From contig LT642151.1 of assembly GCA_900128585.1 (NCBI GenBank), positions 1-64,000 on the forward strand: DNA of 64,000 nucleotides, read 5' to 3'. This document shows, piece by piece, positions 21,501 through 32,248 of the stretch (the stretch's first letter is position 1; each line of letters opens with the position of its first letter). The position numbers and the translations under genes were made by a program. The notes below the pieces were generated by a model. That model saw only the letters and a program-made list of their open reading frames with translations, did not search any database and was not told where the DNA came from. This stretch comes from Stramenopiles sp. TOSAG23-3 (lineage: Eukaryota).

Positions 21501-24500
21501 AGTTGTTTCCGTCGCAGCGTGTGCGATATCGGGCGGTACTGTTTGGATAGCTTTGGATTCGCTTGAGCTAGTCGTGGTTTGGATAATTTTTGAGTCGACA
21601 AGAGCCCCAATTTTAGCCTCAGCGCGTTCGGAATATTTTTTCAAGTGCTGAAGTTCTTCGTTCAGCTTGAATACGTTCTTTTTTTCTTCGTTGTACGCGG
21701 CTTTTAGTTTCGTTACTTCTCCAGTCTCTTGGCGCAGCTTCACTTCTAAGTCAACCATTTTCTTGTTCAACGTGTCCCATTCGCTTTTGCCTACCATATT
21801 TTCCAGGCCACCAGACTCTTTCTTCGCCAATCCGATTTCCTTAATGTCCTGTTTCAAGCCATCGATCTCCATGGAATAGGTATTCCTTGCCTCAAAAAAA
21901 CCTTCCTGGGCAGACTTTAGTTCAGATTCACGTTCTTTCAGTTTGTCCGTCGCAACCGCTAGCTTCGTAGAAACGTCGTTCTTCTCCCTAATCGCGGATT
22001 CCAACTCTGCCTCAGCCCTCCTCTTTTGACTCTCTTCCTCCGCCAATTCTTGTTTGTGGTCTTTTACAGAAGCCTCTAATTTCGACTCTAGCGATTCGAT
22101 TGTAGACTTGAACGACAGGGCAGACGCAGCGTGTGTCTCCTTTAAAAGCAACAACTGTTGCTCGGCCAACATGGATTTATCAGAAGATTGTAAATTTACA
22201 ATTCTTTTTTCCATTGCCTTCATATCGACTTCGTTTTTGGAAGCCAACAAGCTTTTCTCTTTTTGCAATAGCACGGTTTCATTTTGCAAGCGGGCAATGT
22301 CATCTTCATTTGCGTCCCGTGCCTCTCGTAGCTTTTCGTTCTCTACGAGTGCATCGGAAAGTTTTCCTTCGTACTTAAAAACTAGAGATTGGCTTTCGCT
22401 CAATTGCAGCGAAATGTTGGAGCATTTGTTCTCTAGGTTCTCAATAATGGTGCCATGTGTGAATGCAGTTGTAGTAATGCGCTCTAGTTTGCTTTCTAGC
22501 TCTTCGTTCTTTCCTTTTTCAATGGCCAGCGCACTTTCTGCTATCTCAAAACTTTGCTTCAGATTTTCGCACATACGCTTCTGCTCTTCGTTACTAGATG
22601 ATCGATCTTCCTTAAGTCGCTGGAACGCAGCTTGAAACTCTATCTTTTCTAAAGTGACCTGCTCCATTCTCGCTTCTAGCTCACTTTTTCCCCTAACAAA
22701 TAATTTGTGTGCTTTCTCAAGTGTCAAAACTTTACCATTCAGCTCTCCCACTTCTTCCGCAAACATCGCATTCGCGGACTCCAAGTTGTCTTGAATTTCT
22801 TCTTTATCCGCTCTGGCACTTTTCAGCTTTGCCGTTGCGGCATTCACCCTATCTTCTAAAGACGCACACGTTTCCTTTAATTCTGCCACTCTGCTATCGG
22901 ACGCTTTCAGGTCCAATCGGCATCGATCAACATCTCTTTGTAATTTCTCTTTTGTTGCAGTCATGGCATTTAAAAGCTCCTCCCGGTCTATCAATTGTTT
23001 TTGCAGATTGGCCTTAATATTTTGAAGGTTTTCAATTCTCATCTTGTTTTCCTCGCGTTCACCACTTAAAGCATCTTCGGAGGCAGACAGTTTTTCTTGA
23101 AGGTTTACTAAGCCCAATTCAAACGATTTCTGTTTTCCGGCAAACGACTGCTGCAATGTGTCATAATTTTCTTTTTTGGTTTTCGACATCAATTCGGAAT
23201 TGACCTTAAAACTCTGAACGACTTCTTGCAATTGGTTATCTCTCTCTTCCAACCTGCGATCAAAATCTTCCCGGGAACTTTTTAACTCAGACTTTAAGCT
23301 GTTTATTTTCGACACAAAAGCTTGCTTTTCGGCATTCCTTTCTTCCAATTCTGCAGCAACGTTTTCTATCGGCTTGGCGACAGCATCAGAAACTGGACCA
23401 ATTGCCATGTCTTCTTTTGCGGCCCGTTGTTCAATTTCAAACGTCGCTACTTGCGAAGACAGGGTCATGTTCTCTCGGACGAGCGTGTCACAAGAGGCTT
23501 GGAGTTCTTCAATCTTCTGCTTTTGTGATTTAACGATCGCTGAAATTTCTGTCGAAGATATTTGTTTGAAGTCTTTCAAATCACCAAGCTCTTCAATAGC
23601 TTTGGATTGGGCCGAATCTAACTCTGCCACTCCTTCTTGAAGTTGACCCAGAATGCGTCCGTGGGTTTTCGTGGAATCCAGTAACTGAAGCGACTGATTC
23701 TTTAGTTCCTGAATGAAAACATGTTCGCCTCTGCCTTTGCTTTGCAACATAGCGTTTTCTTGCCCGAGTTTCTGAAATTGCATGTTCATCTCCAATAGGG
23801 ATTTAGTCAGCTCTTTTTCTGTTTCTTTGCCCTGCTTTATTTGGTTCTCATAGACGCTCTTGAAAGCCCTTGTTTCTGCATTTTCAATCGCAAGGATCTT
23901 GTTTGATTCTTCTAGGGCTTTTACTCGGCTCAACAGTTCCTTATCCCCACGTTCGACCATCTTGCTCTTCAGATCTTGCATTCGTCGCCGCAGCTCCTCT
24001 GACGCATCGCTGGCATGCTGCAAATTGTTCTCCGCTATAATTCTCTTTTTTCTCTCCTTGTCAAGATCAGATCGCAGGCCATCCAAAGTCTCTTCAAACG
24101 TTTGGATAATTTCTGTCACCGATGAGACGGCGGTTGACTGAGTCGCGTGTTTATCCTCCAACGACGATAAATGTTTCTTCAGGACCAAAATTTTGTCATT
24201 TGCTAGTTCTAACGACTTAGTCATGATGTGAAGTTCTTCTTCCTTATCAACGTACTTTGACCGCATTGCATGAATCTCGAGCTTATCGTTACTGGCCTTG
24301 GCTCTTAAGCCATGGACCTCTTCGTCATTTTGGGATGCGATAAATATCTTTTCTTTCCCCAACGACTCGTTTTCGATTTTTAGAGTAGAAATAATTTGCC
24401 TCAGTTCATCTAAGCTTGTTTTCAATTCTGTTATGCTCAACACCTTTGCGTTCAATTCTTCTTTAAGACGATCCTCGGCCACAGATCTCGCCATATCGCG

Positions 24501-27500
24501 CTTCTCGTTGGTGGTAACCAAAGCAAATTTCTCTGCTTCGTGCAATTTTTGTCTGTTTTCGAAATCTTCCTTGCTTTTGGAAATGTGGTCTTCTAACTTT
24601 TGTCGATATACCTCTATCTCACTGTTCTTTCCCGCAATTTCTGTTTCATTTTTTGATCGGCTGGACTGCAACTCGGACTCTACCTTTGACAATTTTGTGA
24701 CCGCATTCATGTGATCCATCTGGGCGGCTTCCAAAGCCTTTTTCAAATGTTGTATTCTAGATATCAAAACAGTGCTGTCAAATTCATCGTGCGTGTTGGG
24801 ATTTGAAACGTCGGCCACCGCGGGTGTTTCTTCCTGGGCGATCGTGGACGCAGGCCTGAATGCAACTTCCTTGTTGCCTGAGTCAAGACTTTCGCCGATC
24901 GGTTCCTGGGGCAATTGTGTGTTCGTCAGTGCCGGTGCCCCATCAAGAGTGGACAAGCCAGTCTGTTTTCGATCGCGGATTCTTTCAAGCTCATAAGCCG
25001 ATTTGGACAGCTTTTCGTTCAGCTCAGCGATCGTGCATTTGAAGGCGTTATTCTCTAATGTACAAAATTCTAGCTCTTCTTTGTTCCTTTGAGCCTCAAC
25101 GCGCAATCGCCCATTTTCTTGGTTCGTTTCATTCAAAGAGTTTTGCAACTCACTCACGTGTTTCTGAAAATACTGCATTTCGAAGTTGGGGACTGGTTCC
25201 TTCGTAGCCAAAGCACTTTCCCCTTCTTCCTTTATCTCGTTCAATTGGTTTCGAAAGAATTCGGCTTCTTGCCGAGACGCTGCAAGTGCTGTTCTCAGTG
25301 TGTCCACCTCCGCCTCGTTGCGATTGTTTTTCGTTTCAGGTACGGCCTCTGTTTCCGTCGATACGGTTGCCTGTGGGTTTGCACTCTTACGTAAATCTGC
25401 AAGCTCTTTCTGGGAGGCTGCCAAAGCCGCTTTTAGGGCAATCACATCGTATTTGTTTCGTTTTGGTTCCAATTTCCGTTCACCCCCAGCGTCTGTGGCA
25501 GTAGAAGCATTGGAACGTTGCGTTCCCTTGTCTACTCGGTTACGGTTCTGGTTCTGCACAGCTTCCAATTCAAGAAGCAGCGCAGCAATTTTATTTGCAT
25601 TTTCTAGTTGCAATTGTTCGTGGGTTTCCTTCAGAAGGATTACGGCATGCACATGCCTGTCATTCAAATCATTTAATTTTCTTGCCATTTCCTTCTCTTG
25701 AATTTCCTGGTCTTCTCTTACTTTCTTCAAAACTTCCTCCGGAACAGATTTTGTAGCCATATCTAGCTTTTGCTGGTAGGAATCCTGAGTGGAGGCCACC
25801 TGGGCTTTTAAACAGGAAGCAAGCTCTTCTGCACTTGCGAGTCTCTCTTTCAAAGTACTGTTTGACGCTCTCAAACCCGTTGCGGTGGTTTCTAATTTGG
25901 TTAGCAGCTCGCTCTTCGCAACATTGTCGTCCGCCATACGTCCCGATTGGTGCTTGAACACTTCTATTTCTTTTTGCATCCGTTTCCGTTCTTCCTCACG
26001 CTGTTGATCGATGGCCAAAATGTTGCTTTTAAGATCTTCGATTTGCGTCTTCAGCACCAACTCTCTACGTTCCATTTCACGGTGTTTTTTCTCTGCCTCA
26101 ATTATCTCTGAAGCCGCACTCTCTTGGGTGGTGCTAATAACGTCCTTTTGAAACGCAACCTTCTCCTCGAAATCTTCGCGCTGGGAAATTAGCGTTTTTT
26201 CCAAAGTCTCGGTCATTAGCTCAGCCCTAGCAGCTCTGGCGTCGGCATTTTTGCACGCTGCTTTAGTGTTTTCCAGTATTTTAAATACGTCCGCTTCGTC
26301 AACTGTAACACCAGTCTCGCTTCGCTCCCTTTTGGGTTCTTTCAAACCTCCATCTTTTCGTCGCTGAAACTGTCTGGCCAACGATTCTGCCCTCGATGCC
26401 CTGGCCTCTGCATCAGCAGCTATCATCTCGGCCCTTTGTAACATTTTTGCGACTCTGTCGTTTTCGTACATTAGCCTTTCATTTGTTTTTTGGAGCTGGT
26501 CGGATTCCATTTCGACGAACGCCTGGGTTCCGCTGTTGTTCGTAGTGGGAGAACTGGTCTGCGTGCCGGTAGACGGGTCGTCTTTGGACCTCCTGCTTTC
26601 TGGGACCAAGTCAGATTGAGTCCCGTGGGTTTTTCTACTCGGCGGTGGAGTCTGGGTGCCGCTAGATGAACCACTCGACAGATCGCTTTGAAGGCCTATA
26701 GAAAACGACGGGGATTTGGGCAGAGCGATTGCATCGACCCCTCTGTCCTCTGTTCCCATGATTGTGATCGGTCTATCCTCCGTTGTCGTCATCACGCCGG
26801 AACTAACTGTACGCGCTCTGGGGGACTGCGTGCTTGAATCCTTGGAAACAGCGGCTCCCCGACGTGGCGTTTGCGTCTCTATGCTTGCTATTTGGCCGTC
26901 CTTCAAATTACTCTGAAGCCCGACAGAATGCGTTGAAACTCTTGACGGGGTGCTCATGCTCTGGATAGGATGGTCGCCCCCCGCCGACGAATCGATCAGA
27001 AGTGGCCCGCCCGCCAGTTCGGATCTCGGAGACGACCATCGAACCATCATGGGTATATCTTCGTCTAGAATAGAGCTTGTAATCTCAGCACCGGCACTTG
27101 AGGGTCTCTTTTTAACAGGGGTTGACTCCGGGGTTTGCGTTCCCATGTTTTGCATAGCACATTTCAAATCTGTAAAGAACGCCAAGTCGCTTTGCAATCC
27201 AACCGAGGACGGCGATGCCTGGCTCATGGCACTCACTCTGCACGTTTCGCGCTGCGATTGCTTCAATTTACTGTCCTTGTCTGCTGTTTCTTGCATCGCC
27301 GAGACGTCTTCTAACATTTCCAAGTACGACTCCGAGCGCTGCTCGGCTTCACGAGCCCTTTTCAGGGCCAGATTCTTTTCTTCGATGGATAGGTCAAGCT
27401 TAACAGAAAAATCATCTAATTTCTGCTGCAGCGCCTTTTCGTTTTCTTCTTTCCACTTCATTTCCATTAACGTTTTCTCCGCCTCCTGCAGCTCGCTAAC

Positions 27501-29222
27501 AACCGCCGCATACATGGCTTCGCACGTGGATAAGGCTTCTCTTACTTGCAACTGTTCGCAGCTCTGCTTGGTCTCCGTACCACCGACCGCGGAGGTGCTT
27601 TGTGGCGCATCTCCGATTTTGCACATCTTTTTGAGGCGTACCTGGCTCTCCGAAAGCTGGAGGGCGTTCTCGTTCAGGAACGAAATGTAGCGTTCCAGGG
27701 CCGACTGTGACCTCTGCTTTTTCTTCCCCGCAACGATTTCTTTGAAAAACGAGAGCAGGTCTACTGGCTTGTAACCCCCAACATCGGCGAGGCTTTTGTG
27801 TGACGTTTGAATTTGGAGTTCTTTCCATAGCTCATCGCACCGCATGCGAAACATCCTATTTTGTTCCCGTTCTTTGTTCAAATCGTCCTCCACATGCGCC
27901 AATGCGCCGTGGTGATTCCTTCCCCCGTACAATTCTGCAGCGCCGACCACGTGCAGTTCGGACAGGTGGTTCTTTGTCAATTCCAAATCGTCTGGGCGCA
28001 GGGACCTATCGTACACCCGCTTTTTTCGGCCTTGAATCTCATCGTTTAGCACGGCAGATGTCTTTAGTATGCCCATTTTCCCGCTGGTGGACTGCGCTGG
28101 AAAGCGATCTTGGCGAACGGTCGTCCCCGTCTCGTCGACGGCACTCGAAAGGTGGGACACTGAAGCCGACTCTTTTGTGCGGTCCACCAAAATGCTCCCA
28201 GGGACGGATTCTATCGGGCCGATGGTCGAGTAGAAAGGGTCGTCGATGCGCGTAAACGCCAGCTGCTGCTCTAGCCCGGACACAACCTCCCCGGCCTTGA
28301 CAAGAGCGTGGGCCTTTTTGTCCAACAAAAGGGTCTTGGTCTCGAGCTCCAACGCGACCTTTTCCTCCCGTACCGACAGTCCCGCCAACGTGCCCCGGGC
28401 GGCATTCTTCACCTCGTCCATTTCCTGCGTCACCCTATGGGCGACCTCTTCCGCCAATTGTGACCGCTTTTTCTCCTCGCTCAGTGCCCCCTTCAAGTAG
28501 TCGATCTCGTCGTTTTGAAAGACCCTCCTGGCTTCTTCCTTGTCCTGTATCGTCACGGCGGTGCCGTCGAGGGTATCTAAAAACTGCAATTTGTACACGA
28601 TGAATATCCTGGCGTGAGGCGCCATGACACACGGGTTTCCACGGATGCTCAACGACTGCAGGTTGTTCATCTCCTGCAGCTTCTTTAGCTCTCCTATATT
28701 TTTTATCTTATTCCTGCATATTCTCAAACTGTACAGCCGGGGCAAAGCGGCCCCGAAGGCAGGCGGCAGGCTTTCGATACAGTTCCCGCTCAGGTTCAGG
28801 CGTTCCAAAAATTTCAAACACTCATAGTTTTCAATTCTCTTTATCCTATTGTCGGACAGGTTAAGCTCCTTCAAGCTGGCCAAAGCCGCGAAATTTTCCA
28901 TTCTCTCGACTAGGTTGTCGCTCAAGTCTAACAGCTCTAGGCGTGGGACAAAGCGGAGGTTTTCGATCTTGTAGACCCGCCGGTTGTCTTTCCGGTTGGG
29001 GCGAACGACCAACTCCGTGACACCCCCTAGTGGGCCTCTCACGACGCCAGTCCTTCTTCTAATCAGGGCTTCTGTCATGTATTCGGGAGACGGCCGGCCA
29101 CGTTCAGCAGCATTTTCAGCACTCTCAGCCTTAGCCCCCTCCTCCCCCTTCTTCTTTGTGTTCGTGCGCGCGTATGCACGCCCAAGAGACTCGTCAAACT
29201 CTCGCTGAAGTCGAATCTCCAT
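18561..29222 (-). CDS. CNTRL: Centriolin/CEP110-like LRR plus giant coiled-coil protein (~3,550 aa)
   Basis: YMTEALIRR, KIENL, LRRs, GNPC..IFIVYKLQFLDTLDGTAVTIQDKEEA, TKTLLLDKK and LEQQLAFTRID parallel the centriolin N-terminus. First ATG at 29222. Confidence 0.75.
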   Translation of the reverse strand: MEIRLQREFDESLGRAYARTNTKKKGEEGAKAESAENAAERGRPSPEYMTEALIRRRTGVVRGPLGGVTELVVRPNRKDNRRVYKIENLRFVPRLELLDLSDNLVERMENFAALASLKELNLSDNRIKRIENYECLKFLERLNLSGNCIESLPPAFGAALPRLYSLRICRNKIKNIGELKKLQEMNNLQSLSIRGNPCVMAPHARIFIVYKLQFLDTLDGTAVTIQDKEEARRVFQNDEIDYLKGALSEEKKRSQLAEEVAHRVTQEMDEVKNAARGTLAGLSVREEKVALELETKTLLLDKKAHALVKAGEVVSGLEQQLAFTRIDDPFYSTIGPIESVPGSILVDRTKESASVSHLSSAVDETGTTVRQDRFPAQSTSGKMGILKTSAVLNDEIQGRKKRVYDRSLRPDDLELTKNHLSELHVVGAAELYGGRNHHGALAHVEDDLNKEREQNRMFRMRCDELWKELQIQTSHKSLADVGGYKPVDLLSFFKEIVAGKKKQRSQSALERYISFLNENALQLSESQVRLKKMCKIGDAPQSTSAVGGTETKQSCEQLQVREALSTCEAMYAAVVSELQEAEKTLMEMKWKEENEKALQQKLDDFSVKLDLSIEEKNLALKRAREAEQRSESYLEMLEDVSAMQETADKDSKLKQSQRETCRVSAMSQASPSSVGLQSDLAFFTDLKCAMQNMGTQTPESTPVKKRPSSAGAEITSSILDEDIPMMVRWSSPRSELAGGPLLIDSSAGGDHPIQSMSTPSRVSTHSVGLQSNLKDGQIASIETQTPRRGAAVSKDSSTQSPRARTVSSGVMTTTEDRPITIMGTEDRGVDAIALPKSPSFSIGLQSDLSSGSSSGTQTPPPSRKTHGTQSDLVPESRRSKDDPSTGTQTSSPTTNNSGTQAFVEMESDQLQKTNERLMYENDRVAKMLQRAEMIAADAEARASRAESLARQFQRRKDGGLKEPKRERSETGVTVDEADVFKILENTKAACKNADARAARAELMTETLEKTLISQREDFEEKVAFQKDVISTTQESAASEIIEAEKKHREMERRELVLKTQIEDLKSNILAIDQQREEERKRMQKEIEVFKHQSGRMADDNVAKSELLTKLETTATGLRASNSTLKERLASAEELASCLKAQVASTQDSYQQKLDMATKSVPEEVLKKVREDQEIQEKEMARKLNDLNDRHVHAVILLKETHEQLQLENANKIAALLLELEAVQNQNRNRVDKGTQRSNASTATDAGGERKLEPKRNKYDVIALKAALAASQKELADLRKSANPQATVSTETEAVPETKNNRNEAEVDTLRTALAASRQEAEFFRNQLNEIKEEGESALATKEPVPNFEMQYFQKHVSELQNSLNETNQENGRLRVEAQRNKEELEFCTLENNAFKCTIAELNEKLSKSAYELERIRDRKQTGLSTLDGAPALTNTQLPQEPIGESLDSGNKEVAFRPASTIAQEETPAVADVSNPNTHDEFDSTVLISRIQHLKKALEAAQMDHMNAVTKLSKVESELQSSRSKNETEIAGKNSEIEVYRQKLEDHISKSKEDFENRQKLHEAEKFALVTTNEKRDMARSVAEDRLKEELNAKVLSITELKTSLDELRQIISTLKIENESLGKEKIFIASQNDEEVHGLRAKASNDKLEIHAMRSKYVDKEEELHIMTKSLELANDKILVLKKHLSSLEDKHATQSTAVSSVTEIIQTFEETLDGLRSDLDKERKKRIIAENNLQHASDASEELRRRMQDLKSKMVERGDKELLSRVKALEESNKILAIENAETRAFKSVYENQIKQGKETEKELTKSLLEMNMQFQKLGQENAMLQSKGRGEHVFIQELKNQSLQLLDSTKTHGRILGQLQEGVAELDSAQSKAIEELGDLKDFKQISSTEISAIVKSQKQKIEELQASCDTLVRENMTLSSQVATFEIEQRAAKEDMAIGPVSDAVAKPIENVAAELEERNAEKQAFVSKINSLKSELKSSREDFDRRLEERDNQLQEVVQSFKVNSELMSKTKKENYDTLQQSFAGKQKSFELGLVNLQEKLSASEDALSGEREENKMRIENLQNIKANLQKQLIDREELLNAMTATKEKLQRDVDRCRLDLKASDSRVAELKETCASLEDRVNAATAKLKSARADKEEIQDNLESANAMFAEEVGELNGKVLTLEKAHKLFVRGKSELEARMEQVTLEKIEFQAAFQRLKEDRSSSNEEQKRMCENLKQSFEIAESALAIEKGKNEELESKLERITTTAFTHGTIIENLENKCSNISLQLSESQSLVFKYEGKLSDALVENEKLREARDANEDDIARLQNETVLLQKEKSLLASKNEVDMKAMEKRIVNLQSSDKSMLAEQQLLLLKETHAASALSFKSTIESLESKLEASVKDHKQELAEEESQKRRAEAELESAIREKNDVSTKLAVATDKLKERESELKSAQEGFFEARNTYSMEIDGLKQDIKEIGLAKKESGGLENMVGKSEWDTLNKKMVDLEVKLRQETGEVTKLKAAYNEEKKNVFKLNEELQHLKKYSERAEAKIGALVDSKIIQTTTSSSESKAIQTVPPDIAHAATETTIGTGAEAKLVQATCANECKDTQTARLSQSNAATGTIDFAALLVDSSTMTQPDVPYDDRSERPTRCLGILASGENKGQQCVNSSAAYDNGFCGQHQSQLSKPRSVPALVKMFESKTKATMTPTIETKNTSSTANFSQVDADAEPAQVVSSGTMTTVEKDEVVSKAHIGIIVSTANVSKSTLTESRRGVDAETQADSENSYVERYSAPNARGSALSNTKSVGTSPCFEEGEKAKKKVTDVGTLASCSTVSSSTNTQVRPDVEVGTTASVETVSAAVNTDDILLNTESVGTSPCFEEGGKAEKKVTDVGTLASCSTASSSTNTLARPDVEVGTTASVETVSAAVNTDDILLLSSENLEIVNDQVLDELSAMKIRAMGAEANVSKEIVARKCAEDALKSANERCEAIQQEFFKLQTEHLFENNAVGLCSPVQSDGPTASADGHKEKDSVECAEYETKRLALEERAEAAEEALGEEFQARVGVEERLRQATAHISELEKIAQSSVAAEVVTRYSIDHVSIGTLTDMSLCAVEQVDTGLQTEYNSSDVGTSASLAEFPPTPQEDVGLQTDAALVDAGTSATVTRIKPAERADVGLQTENKSADVGTIANVELSTSSTTTAAAPFNLTADVGVSVTADTNTVSVCTESDASVDGTFADAHKEPHDPPMVISDIDKAASNTQETMIQIQRMASETEKLKSAARKAAASVETKDAYDNEKDAMLKELQFYEGSHEDESITIDRDNVDASVKRESSEGLKHVSAEDAVSAAKRIREHLELLRKADDKIATASASRKELLKLRETERKNEERVRVKDASLLAKQSKPAVHPAQRRHRSKQLKERDQILTPVFSDNKAVGWIINRDNNKWSARSTNSKAHGKGEGEPMVRLHRSGSVEISMQLDSIRRYQESQQSSSREKNRAYVTPAVHRSRAYGKQNSTVGGRPTPTHHLNNENLVNSQSSPYSGQQSVGARAYSLRQRLKKQTAFLRK
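20461..20858 (-). repeat. Intragenic tandem duplication, 201-bp (67-aa) period
   Basis: AGAATATCATC(G/A)GTATTTACTGCAGCAGAGACC at 20461 and 20662. The protein repeat SVGTSPCFEEG...SAAVNTDDILL occurs twice. Confidence 0.95.
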
Positions 29223-30580
29223 CGCCCACCCGCCTTTTTTACCACCCCTCGTACGCTGCGTATGAACAACAAAAGGAGAACTCACTGACAAGGTGACCCC
29301 ACAGTTTTCAATCGAGGTATTGTGTGCACACACCTTTCAAACCCTTGGAAGATGTAAAGAACAAAAAATGGAAATATGTAAAGGGGTTAAAAGTTCTCCA
29401 CACACTTTCACTTGGTTTTAATACAAAAAAATATTATTATTATTATTATATTTATGATATATTTTTTTATTAAAAAAAAAAAAAGAGTAGTTGTTGTTGG
29501 TTTGTTTTTTTCTTCTCTTGAAAATAATATAATAATAATAAAAAAATAAATAATAATAACATAATAATAACAAGGAGGAAGGAGGTAAATATTTTCTTTT
29601 AAATAATATTTTTTTTTTCCTTCTTCTTCTCTTTCTTCTTCTTCTTCTTCTTCTTTCTTCTTCATTTTCAAATCTATTATTTATTTAAAGGAACAAACAC
29701 TATACATATATATACTTAAAGCAATTCCTATTTAAAAAAATCAAATTTTAAAATGGCGCCAACCTCAATCCTAACATAAAAACATAAAACTCTGAAAATC
29801 GATTTATTTATTCCAGTTATGTGGCTTGTATAAAAAATACGATTGATGACCATGATGGGAGTAGATAGGAAACAATCCAGGATAATTTTTTCTATTAAAA
29901 TATGCATGCTGTATATATATATTGATTCAATGACGTAAGTGAGGAGCGATCGTACTTAATTTGTATTCTATTAAATATGAGGTCTGTAGTCCTTCGTTTT
30001 ATTATTAATCCTTTGTATTTTAAATTAGATATTACCTATTGTGGTTCCCAATACGGTAATACCGGTAGAACTGGAAGAATGCATTTTTAGTTATTATTAG
30101 TTATAAAGTAAAGAGAAGTATAAAATATAAGAATTAATAGTCTGTTCTAATATATTATTATTTTGACTACTATATATAGGAATACAATAGAGATATATTA
30201 AATATGGGGACCGCACATTTTTTTTTATTCGTTACTGGTTTGTATACGTTAATACCTGTAATGTAGTAACCATGATGTTCGATTATAATAATTGTTTAGA
30301 TAGAGTTGTTTACCTATACTCGTATAGCTTTTAATAATTAATATTTTTATAAGAGAGAAGACAGACTGGCGGCGGCGAGACATGACATATAGATACATAT
30401 CCATTCACTCATTCCACCGATGGCACATTTGTTTTACATAATCGTTCGAATTCTATTGTGAATCCCATGGGCCTGTGTTTGCATTTGCGGGAACACTTCG
30501 TAGGTATTGTCATTCAAAACACGAAGTTAACGTTTCCACGTTTGAACAACGTAGTTCTGTCCAACCGATCGTATACAATC

Positions 30581-31969
30581 ATGGCCCACCGTTCTCGCAA
30601 CAAATCGTTTTACCAAGGATCCAATATAACGGAAGTGCGCGACCAGTACGGCCGCGCACTCATGGGCAGCTCCATAGGGCACGAACAGAAGAATTGGTCC
30701 CCGAACACTTCGCCAACAAAGGCGCTGATACGATTGCCTGAAGACGCTTCCGTGAACCACGCAAAAATTGAGCGGTACCGAAAGTGGAAGAGCGAGCAGG
30801 ACAAACAGTCCCAAAGGCCCGACGACGGGGTGGTGTCCGTGATCGGCACGAACAATGTTATTCTGCGGCGAGAGATAGACGATTTAAAGAAACAAATGAG
30901 GCTGCTTGAAGAAACGAACCGGGGCCAGAGCGACCGTTTGTTGAGAATGACGAAGGCAAATGGGAAATTGGTCACTGAGGTCGAGACTAATAGAAAAGAC
31001 TTGCACCGAATGGCTTCGCTTAAAGATGGAGTGTCCACGCTAATAGAAAAGCACACCGAAACCAGGAACGAAGCAAAGACACTTCGTCGCCAACTAAACT
31101 ACGCGACGACTGAAAAGGTTAAGTTGGAGGAAGAGCACAAGCGAGTTTTGCAAGATTTCGGGGATTTAATGGCAAAGGCAGAAGCAAACCTACAACACAA
31201 TGCGCACTTGGAGGAACAGAATCGTAACCTGAAAGATAGGAATGCCGCCTTGGAAGGCCTGGTGGAAGAACTGCGGACAACTGCCCATGAAAATTTGAGG
31301 TTGGTACTGGAAGGAAAGGCTGAAATAGCAAAGTCTGACGGGGCACTCATGAAAGTCAAGAAAGAAGCCCAAGCCCTGACCAACCTGACAGTGGAACTGT
31401 CTACCAAGCTGCAAACGGCAGGCATCAATTTCAAGCTGTCCGAAGCGAGCGGCAGCACTCTCCAACTAGAACAAATAGAGATGGTGCCCGTCGAAGAGGT
31501 CGAAGAGGACGCAGATACAGTGAGCGTGAGGAGTCTGGGAACGGAAGAAAGCGACAACACGTACACCACAGAACAGATGCAAGTGATGGACACGGACTCG
31601 TCTTCGGTGGTAAGAATGTTAGAAAATCATGTGAATAGCATTCACGATTTTGACAGACGCTTAGGGAGCTTCAAGGCCTCCTCAGGCGCGACACGGCGAA
31701 AGAAAATCCCAGTAGTATCTGGGGAGAAGTTACTGTCATCACTTGGTGCAACCAGAAAACAGCCGAGCAACCGATCGACAGCAAGCCCAAACCTCGAGCA
31801 AGACGAAAAGTTGAGGCGTGAGGTGGAGTCTTTAGAGGTTTTGTTGAAGCACGCGGAGCAGATTCACGAGAGTGGCCACGACGACGAAGTTCGGTTACAA
31901 GAATATAGAGACTTGGCAAAGCAGCACTCAGGGGTAGGCAAGTTTCACGGTTTGGAGTTAGATGATTAA
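30581..31969 (+). CDS. Uncharacterised coiled-coil protein
   Basis: Long ORF with a heptad-rich centre. Likely start MAHRSRN at 30581; an upstream in-frame ATG also exists. Confidence 0.75.
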   Translation: MAHRSRNKSFYQGSNITEVRDQYGRALMGSSIGHEQKNWSPNTSPTKALIRLPEDASVNHAKIERYRKWKSEQDKQSQRPDDGVVSVIGTNNVILRREIDDLKKQMRLLEETNRGQSDRLLRMTKANGKLVTEVETNRKDLHRMASLKDGVSTLIEKHTETRNEAKTLRRQLNYATTEKVKLEEEHKRVLQDFGDLMAKAEANLQHNAHLEEQNRNLKDRNAALEGLVEELRTTAHENLRLVLEGKAEIAKSDGALMKVKKEAQALTNLTVELSTKLQTAGINFKLSEASGSTLQLEQIEMVPVEEVEEDADTVSVRSLGTEESDNTYTTEQMQVMDTDSSSVVRMLENHVNSIHDFDRRLGSFKASSGATRRKKIPVVSGEKLLSSLGATRKQPSNRSTASPNLEQDEKLRREVESLEVLLKHAEQIHESGHDDEVRLQEYRDLAKQHSGVGKFHGLELDD

Positions 31970-32054
31970 ACATGACCTTTTGATGGGCGTGAGGATTGAG
32001 CACTCTCTGTGTGTTTAATTGGTTTAAAAGAAAAAACCTTATTCAGTTTATCTA

Positions 32055-32248
32055 AATTATAAATTAAAAAAAAAATAAAACAAGAAAAATTGGCTGTTAT
32101 TTTTATAGTAATTAAAATTAAAGAAAATAACAGCCAATTTTCTTGTTTTTAATATATAATTTGTTTTGAAATTAAAGAAAAAAGAAGGTGTCAGTTCAAG
32201 AACAATATCTCCTCCTATTGCAGATCCTCCCCAAGTTCTGGTCAAGAT
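32055..32248 (+). repeat. Modular intergenic repeat; left arm of an inverted pair with 34897-35080
   Basis: 32174-32248 is the reverse complement of 34897-34971 at 72/75 positions. It also holds an internal inverted pair, AAAACAAGAAAAATTGGCTGTTATTTT / AAAATAACAGCCAATTTTCTTGTTTT. Confidence 0.9.

Noticed and set aside
29408-29671. 87-aa ORF and similar short ORFs in AT-rich spacers (37102, 39400, 60751, 61247)
   Set aside because: Low-complexity microsatellite translations.
32057-32245. 62-aa ORF (TRTWGGSAIGGDIVLELTP) in the repeat arm
   Set aside because: All three differences from the second copy are non-synonymous and the start is TTG, so there is no sign of coding constraint.
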